From Alphaproteobacteria bacterium (GTDB taxonomy: Bacteria > Pseudomonadota > Alphaproteobacteria > UBA7887): 64,000 nucleotides of DNA. The notes below the pieces were generated by a model. That model saw only the letters and a list, made by a program, of their open reading frames with translations, did no database searches and was not told the origin of the DNA. Positions 58,872 through 64,000 of the stretch are shown piece after piece (within the stretch, counting starts at the first letter, position 1; every line of letters begins with the position of its first letter). The stretch covers positions 1,452,761-1,516,760 of the forward strand of contig OZ241752.1 of assembly GCA_965201155.1 (NCBI GenBank), given 5' to 3'. Made by a program: the position numbers and the translations under genes.

Positions 58872-59527
58872 GCGCTCCCTGCGTCGTGCTCCGGCGCGGC
58901 GGGCCGGCCGTCCCACGAGTTTTCGGCGTCGGTTGGGCCGGGTTCGTCGAGGTCGTCGAGATCGTCAAGGCCGTAGACTTCCTGACGGATGCGGCGCAGG
59001 GCGGCGCGCGCCCGGGCGCGTGACCGGCGCGCGGCAGATGGTTTGCTACCGCCGCGGTCGGGGTTGCTGTCGGGCTGTCGGGCGCTGCGCCGTTCGGCGG
59101 ATTCGCCGGCGGCTTCGAGGTCACGCAGGGCGCGGGCGAGCAGGGCGATTTCGCGTGCGTCGACGCCCGGGTCTCCGGGGTCGCCGCCGCTCTTGCGGGC
59201 GGCGGCGTTGAAGGCAGCGAGCCGCAGGGCCTCCATGGCGAGGCGGCCGATATTGCCGCCGGGCTGGTCGCGGAGTTCGCGGATCCAGATGTCGGCGATG
59301 TCCTGGGCTTCCTCATAGCGGCGCATGGTATGGAGCGCCTGTTTGCGGTAGCGGCCGACGGCGCTGCGCGAGACGGGGATATCCTGCGCGCGCAGGCGGT
59401 CCATCAGTTCCTCGGTGGTCGCGCCCTCGCGGATGCGGCGGCGCAGATCGTCGCGGACAGCGCGGGGCAGGCGCGAGATGAGCGAGCGGCAGCCGGCGCG
59501 GGTCGGGATTTCCATGGGCTGGCCCAT
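58868..59527 (-). CDS. Mu gp27/DUF3486-like protein (small terminase candidate)
   Basis: SLISRLPRAVRDDL...VSRSAVGRY...IRQEVYG; directly upstream of TerL. Confidence 0.75.
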   Translation of the reverse strand: MGQPMEIPTRAGCRSLISRLPRAVRDDLRRRIREGATTEELMDRLRAQDIPVSRSAVGRYRKQALHTMRRYEEAQDIADIWIRELRDQPGGNIGRLAMEALRLAAFNAAARKSGGDPGDPGVDAREIALLARALRDLEAAGESAERRSARQPDSNPDRGGSKPSAARRSRARARAALRRIRQEVYGLDDLDDLDEPGPTDAENSWDGRPAAPEHDAGSA

Positions 59528-59528
59528 G

Positions 59529-59855
59529 TCAAGCGGGTTCGAGGCCGGCGGCGGGCGGGCGGCGCACGCCGGGGATGAGGGCAGCGCCGGAGGCGGCGTC
59601 GGCGCCGCGTTCGGTGAGGCCGGCGATCATGACACCGCCGATCTCGTCGGTTTCGGCGAGGCCCTGTTCGGCAAGCCAGGCGAGTTCGGTGCGCAGGCGA
59701 TCGCGGGAGATGGTGTGTCCGCGGTCGGCGCAGGCCATCTTGAGGAGGGATTCGTTGGCGCGCCAGCCGCGCGAGGCGGCGAGCAGGGAGAGCAGCACGA
59801 GGCGCAAGTCCTCGGCGGCGCGTTCGGCAAAACGCGGGCTTCTGCGGCGGCTCAT
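59529..59855 (-). CDS. Mu gp26-like winged-helix protein
   Basis: EDLRLVLLSLL...ANESLL...SRDRLRTELAWLAEQGL...LTERGADAASG...PGVRRP. Confidence 0.8.
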   Translation of the reverse strand: MSRRRSPRFAERAAEDLRLVLLSLLAASRGWRANESLLKMACADRGHTISRDRLRTELAWLAEQGLAETDEIGGVMIAGLTERGADAASGAALIPGVRRPPAAGLEPA

Positions 59856-60220
59856 GCGCTGCGCTCCAGCAGGTGTCCGTTGATGGCGGCGACCTGGCCG
59901 CCAAGGCCGGCTACCATGGTTTCGATACCGCCGAGGGAGGCGCGGATGGCCTTCACGTCGCCGCGGGTTTCGGAAACGCTGGCGGCGAGGGCGCGCAGGT
60001 CGCGGGCTTCCGGCAGGCTGCCGATGATGCCGGCGATGCGGCCCTGTTCGGTTTCGACGGTGTCGAGGCGCGCGGTGAGACTGGCGATGGCGGCGTCGGC
60101 AGCGCGTCCGGCGCCGGGGCGCCAGATGCCAAGGCGCTGCAATGCCAGTGCGACGCCGCCCATGAGAACGGTGACGGCGGCGACGCCGCCGAAAGCCTGC
60201 CAGGCCGCAGCGTCAATCAC
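59852..60220 (-). CDS. Membrane-anchored coiled-coil phage protein (Mu gp25/DUF2730-like)
   Basis: N-terminal hydrophobic segment, RLDTVETE...LPEARDL, ends INGHLLE; position matches Mu gene order. Confidence 0.6.
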   Translation of the reverse strand: MIDAAAWQAFGGVAAVTVLMGGVALALQRLGIWRPGAGRAADAAIASLTARLDTVETEQGRIAGIIGSLPEARDLRALAASVSETRGDVKAIRASLGGIETMVAGLGGQVAAINGHLLERSA

Positions 60221-60738
60221 GGCGCGGCTCCGGCGGCGGCCAGCGTCACACGTCGGCGCTTGTCGACAGCGCGTGCGCCAAACCACCACAACACGCAGGT
60301 GGTAGCGAGATAGAGCACGGTGTCGATGATGCGGGGGCGGATGTCGAGGATTTCCATTTCGGAGGCGCCGAGATTGAAATAGATGACGCCCACCAGGGCG
60401 ATGAAGCCGACGGTGAGGACGGGGCGCAACAGGCCGCGGACGACATCGACAGTGACAAGCCAGGCGCTGTCGCCGCGGCTCCAGCGCCGGCCGGCATGGC
60501 GGTGGGACGCTTCGACGGCGCGCCAGGCAGCGGCATCGCGGGCGTCCTCGGCGGCGATGGCGGCAGCGTGTGCAACGGAGGCGGCTTCGACCCTTGCCAT
60601 TTCCATGTCGAGGCGGCGCAAGGCCAGTTCCTGCAGGTGGCGCTGGCGAGAGGTGAGAAAGTCGGTGATGAAGGACAGGGCGGCGCCAAGCAGGCCGGTA
60701 GCGCCGCCGGTGAGAATGGTGAGCAGGGCGTCAATCAT
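60217..60738 (-). CDS. Putative holin
   Basis: GGATGLLG N-terminus, RGLLRPVLT, two TM segments, WWFGAR (3TM holin-like); follows the lysin candidate. Confidence 0.62.
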   Translation of the reverse strand: MIDALLTILTGGATGLLGAALSFITDFLTSRQRHLQELALRRLDMEMARVEAASVAHAAAIAAEDARDAAAWRAVEASHRHAGRRWSRGDSAWLVTVDVVRGLLRPVLTVGFIALVGVIYFNLGASEMEILDIRPRIIDTVLYLATTCVLWWFGARAVDKRRRVTLAAAGAAP

Positions 60739-61195
60739 ATTCAGGGACTCCGTGCGGAAGGGCGGCGTCAGGGCCGACGATGTGAAGGAGGAACGGGGCG
60801 TCGGCAGCCCAGTCCATGAGGTGGCGAAGGGCGGTGCGCGAGGCGAGAACGGCCTTCTGGCGGCGGCCCTTGACGGTGAGCGCGCCGCGGCGCAGGCCGG
60901 GCAGCAGGCAACCGAGGGTGTGGGTATGGAAGCCGGCTTCGCGGTCGCCGCCGACATTGCCGGCATGAAACAATATGTGGCTGCGCCCGGGGACGTCGGT
61001 GACGAGAAGGCAGCGTCCGAAGCGGGGTGAGCGATGGGGCATGGCGAGGTAGTCACCGGCGGGGATGCAGGAGCGGTTGCGGCGGTTGCCGCGCCAGGGC
61101 GGCTCCATGGTGTGGAGGCGCAGCGGGCCGGCGGTGAGGAGGCCGAGGGTGCCGTGGGGACTGTCAGCGCCGCGGAGAATGAATGCGCGGTTCAT
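60731..61195 (-). CDS. DUF5675-like putative phage endolysin/peptidase
   Basis: TMEPPW...SCIPAGDY...DVPGRSHILFHAGN...TLGCLLPG His/Cys motif. Confidence 0.72.
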   Translation of the reverse strand: MNRAFILRGADSPHGTLGLLTAGPLRLHTMEPPWRGNRRNRSCIPAGDYLAMPHRSPRFGRCLLVTDVPGRSHILFHAGNVGGDREAGFHTHTLGCLLPGLRRGALTVKGRRQKAVLASRTALRHLMDWAADAPFLLHIVGPDAALPHGVPEYD

Positions 61196-61199
61196 GGAG

Positions 61200-61595
61200 C
61201 TACTCCGCGGTGCCCGGCGGCAGGGAATTGGCGGCGGCGAGGGCAGCATCGCGGCGGTAGCGGCGGGCGGCGCGGCGCGACATGCCGAGGCGGCGGGCGA
61301 TTTCGGTGGTGGTGAGTCCGGCCTGGGCGAGATGGACGACAAGGGCGCGTCGGGCGAGGGGCACGGCGAGGGCTTCGCCGCCGAAGCGGCGCGTCACGGC
61401 GCGCGCCGGGGCGGGACCGACGAGATCAGCCAAGGCGCGGCCGGCGGTGCTGTCGAGGCGGCGGGGTATGTTCCAGCCGTCATCGCCGCCATGCGCGAGG
61501 GCGATGGTGCAGGCTGCAGCGCGGCCGGCGACGTCGGCGATTTCGGAAAGCACGCCGGGCAAAGGCGGCGGGGTGAGGGCGAGTGTCTGCGGCAT
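61200..61595 (-). CDS. Mor/C-like transcription activator
   Basis: LPGVLSEIADVAG...FGGEALAVP...GLTTTEIARRLGMSRR. Confidence 0.7.
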   Translation of the reverse strand: MPQTLALTPPPLPGVLSEIADVAGRAAACTIALAHGGDDGWNIPRRLDSTAGRALADLVGPAPARAVTRRFGGEALAVPLARRALVVHLAQAGLTTTEIARRLGMSRRAARRYRRDAALAAANSLPPGTAE

Positions 61596-61598
61596 GGC

Positions 61599-62207
61599 TC
61601 ACCACCAGTCCGGGATGGGGAGCAGGATGGGGCAGGCGTCGGGTTCCCCGTCATGTTCCACGCGGCAGGCGTCGCACATGCGGTTGTGGGGGCCTTCGGA
61701 GAGGAACTCGCGGTTGCAGGTAAGACAGGGGCGGCGGCGGAGGGGGCCGGCGTCAGGGGGTTTGGCGGTGTGTTCGGAGAGCGGGCGGTCAGCGCCCGCG
61801 AAGGCCTGGCGTGCGATGAGGGAGAGTTCGGCGGCAGGGGCTGCGCTGCCGGCGAGGCGGCGGCTGAAGGCAGTGAGGGCGCGGATGATGTTGACACGGC
61901 GGCGGCCGCCATAATGGCGGCAGAGGGAGCGCATGGTGATGCGGGCGCCGGCCCAGGCGAGTGCCCATGCCATGTGTCTGGCGGCGCGCACGGTATCGGT
62001 GCGCTGCCGCGAGGCGAGGGTTGCGGCGGGAATGCCGTAATGCCTTGCGACGGCGCGGTCGATGGCGGCGAGGGGGTTGGCGAGCAGGGCGAGGGGTGCG
62101 GCGTTCGGGCCGAGTGCGGCGGCGATATGTTCGCGGGCGGCGGCTGCGGCAATGTCGTGTTCGTGCATCATGGTGCTTACCATATGCAGAGAATCGTGCA
62201 TATGCAA
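61599..62207 (-). CDS. DnaA C-terminal-like HTH protein with CxxC...CxxC zinc ribbon (start uncertain)
   Basis: IDRAVARHYGIPAATLASRQRTDTVRAARHMAWALA...YGGR resembles DnaA domain IV; RPCLTCNREFLSEGPHNRMCDACR. Confidence 0.65.
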   Translation of the reverse strand: MHMHDSLHMVSTMMHEHDIAAAAAREHIAAALGPNAAPLALLANPLAAIDRAVARHYGIPAATLASRQRTDTVRAARHMAWALAWAGARITMRSLCRHYGGRRRVNIIRALTAFSRRLAGSAAPAAELSLIARQAFAGADRPLSEHTAKPPDAGPLRRRPCLTCNREFLSEGPHNRMCDACRVEHDGEPDACPILLPIPDWW

Positions 62208-62388
62208 GTATTATAATGCTCAAGATATAGGATATTTGCTAATGTCGGGGCGCCCGGGGGTTGTTTTCCGGTGCTATTGCCTGTGGCGATGCGGGCCGTT
62301 CGGCGCGTCCGATTGTATGTCTTCGGGTGGTGCGTTATGGGTTTTGCCGGAGAATCGCGGCAAATAACATGAACCGGAAGGGCGGTGC

Positions 62389-63969
62389 ATGGCCCGGGGA
62401 CGAGCGAGAAAGACGAAATCAGGAAGCGATGACCCTGCCGCCCATGGCGCCACGACCGGCCATGAGGCGGAATTGTGGGCGATGGCGGATGCGCTGCGCG
62501 GCTCGATGGACGCCGCGGAATACAAGCATGTCGTGCTGGGGCTGATCTTCCTGAAATATATCTCCGACGCCTTTGAGGAGCATCATACCGAGTTGCTCGC
62601 CGAATGGGGCGCGGAAGCTGCCGAAGATCGCGACGAGTATCTCGCCGAGAACATTTTCTGGGTACCGCCGGACGCCCGCTGGGACCGTCTCAAGGCGCAG
62701 GCGCGGCAGTCTGTCATCGGCCAGATTGTCGACGGTGCGATGGCGGCGATCGAGCGCGACAACCCGGCGCTGAAGGAGGTGCTGCCGAAGGACTATGCCC
62801 GGCCGGCGCTCGACAAGCAGCGGCTGGGGCAGCTTATCGACATGATCGGCAATATAAGGGTGGGCGACGCGGAGGCCCGCTCACGGGATGTGCTCGGGCG
62901 CGTCTATGAATATTTCCTGTCGCAGTTCGCCAGCGCCGAGGGCAAGAAAGGCGGCGAGTTCTACACGCCGCGCTGTGTGGTGCGGCTGCTGGTCGAGATG
63001 ATCGAGCCGTATCAGGGCCGGGTCTACGACCCGTGCTGCGGCTCGTCGGGCATGTTCGTGCAATCCGTCGACTTCATCCGCGCTCATGCGACCGGCAATG
63101 GCAATGGCGGCCGGGCGAAGGACAGGATCAGCGTCTACGGGCAGGAATCCAACTACACGACGTGGCGGCTGGCGAAGATGAACCTCGCCATCCGGGGCAT
63201 AGACGGCCGGATCGCGCATGGCGACAGCTTCCACAATGACCGGCATCCGGACCTCAAGGCCGATTTCATCCTGGCCAACCCGCCGTTCAATGTCTCCGAC
63301 TGGGGCGGTGACCGGCTGACCGAGGACAAGCGCTGGCAGTATGGCGTGCCGCCGAAGGGCAATGCCAATTTCGCCTGGGTGCAGCATATGGTGCACCATC
63401 TGGCGCCGGCAGGGACGGCCGGCTTTGTGCTGGCCAACGGCTCCATGTCGTCGGCGCAATCCGGCGAGGGCGAAATCCGCAAGGCGCTGATCGAGGCGGG
63501 GCTGGTGGATTGCATGGTGGCGCTGCCGGGGCAGCTTTTCTATTCGACGCAGATTCCCGCGTGCCTGTGGTTTCTGGCGCGCGGCGGCGGGCGGCGGGAT
63601 GAAATCCTGTTCGTCGATGCGCGCGCGCTCGGCCGCATGGTGGACCGCACCCATCGGGAACTGACGGACGAGGATATCGCCCGCATCGCCGGCACTTACC
63701 ATGCGTGGCGCAAGGGCGGAGATGCCGACGGTTATGAGGATGTCCCCGGGTTCTGCAAGAGCGCCCCGCTGGAGGAGGTGCGCAAGCACGGCCATGTACT
63801 CACGCCGGGCCGCTATGTCGGCGCACCGCCGCAGGAGGATGACGGCGAGCCTTTCGAGGACAAGATGAAGCGGCTGGTTGCGCAATTGCGAGAGCAGCAG
63901 GCCGAAGGGGCGCGGCTCGACAAGGCTATCGAAGCGAATCTGGAGGCGCTGGGTTTCGGGCGGGGGTAA
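62389..63969 (+). CDS. hsdM: Type I restriction-modification methyltransferase subunit M
   Basis: [27 protein letters not shown] motif I, ANPPFN motif IV. Confidence 0.95.
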   Translation: MARGRARKTKSGSDDPAAHGATTGHEAELWAMADALRGSMDAAEYKHVVLGLIFLKYISDAFEEHHTELLAEWGAEAAEDRDEYLAENIFWVPPDARWDRLKAQARQSVIGQIVDGAMAAIERDNPALKEVLPKDYARPALDKQRLGQLIDMIGNIRVGDAEARSRDVLGRVYEYFLSQFASAEGKKGGEFYTPRCVVRLLVEMIEPYQGRVYDPCCGSSGMFVQSVDFIRAHATGNGNGGRAKDRISVYGQESNYTTWRLAKMNLAIRGIDGRIAHGDSFHNDRHPDLKADFILANPPFNVSDWGGDRLTEDKRWQYGVPPKGNANFAWVQHMVHHLAPAGTAGFVLANGSMSSAQSGEGEIRKALIEAGLVDCMVALPGQLFYSTQIPACLWFLARGGGRRDEILFVDARALGRMVDRTHRELTDEDIARIAGTYHAWRKGGDADGYEDVPGFCKSAPLEEVRKHGHVLTPGRYVGAPPQEDDGEPFEDKMKRLVAQLREQQAEGARLDKAIEANLEALGFGRG

Positions 63970-64000
63970 GGAGGTATCTCGAGTCTCACAGGCGGGACAT

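Larger units (their letters stand above)
56164..62207 (-). mobile_element. Mu-like prophage-derived module (regulators, lysis, terminase, portal only)
   Basis: Nine co-oriented, tightly packed phage-like ORFs; no capsid, tail, transposase or integrase gene on either flank. Confidence 0.82.

Noticed and set aside
62389-64000. hsdM as an orphan methyltransferase
   Set aside because: The window ends 31 bp after the stop codon, so hsdS and hsdR may simply lie outside it.

Overview
High-GC alphaproteobacterial chromosome segment (Rhodospirillales-like gene order; taxon is inference) that spans the probable replication origin. Four zones. (1) 1-14.6 kb, accessory island: hipBA, then two paralogous Met-rich, TbpB-barrel-like surface lipoprotein genes (1382-3538, 12019-13899). 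These share a near-identical promoter, a ~115-nt repeat-containing structured leader, a signal peptide and a two-hairpin 3' end, but have divergent cores. They bracket about 8 kb packed with toxin-antitoxin modules (HicA-like trio, zeta-like, BrnT/BrnA fused to a Swt1-like HEPN domain, HEPN pair, RelE/Gp49-HTH), two IS5-family elements and an integrase relic. (2) 14.8-47.6 kb, housekeeping genes: serC-serA-hisZ-purA-msrB, tRNA-Phe, thrB-rnhA, moa/mob genes, pgsA-uvrC-hemW-rdgB-rph, his and hem genes, plus a candidate ~200-nt structured RNA upstream of rph. (3) Candidate oriC between hemE and the DUF299-maf-aroE-coaE-dnaQ operon, then a TauD-family gene, IOR alpha/beta and a parS site. (4) 56.2-62.2 kb: an apparently intact but headless, tailless Mu-like lysis/packaging module led by a DnaA-domain-IV-like regulator, followed by a type I R-M methyltransferase. 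All calls come from reading motifs by eye; no database searches or folding calculations were run.
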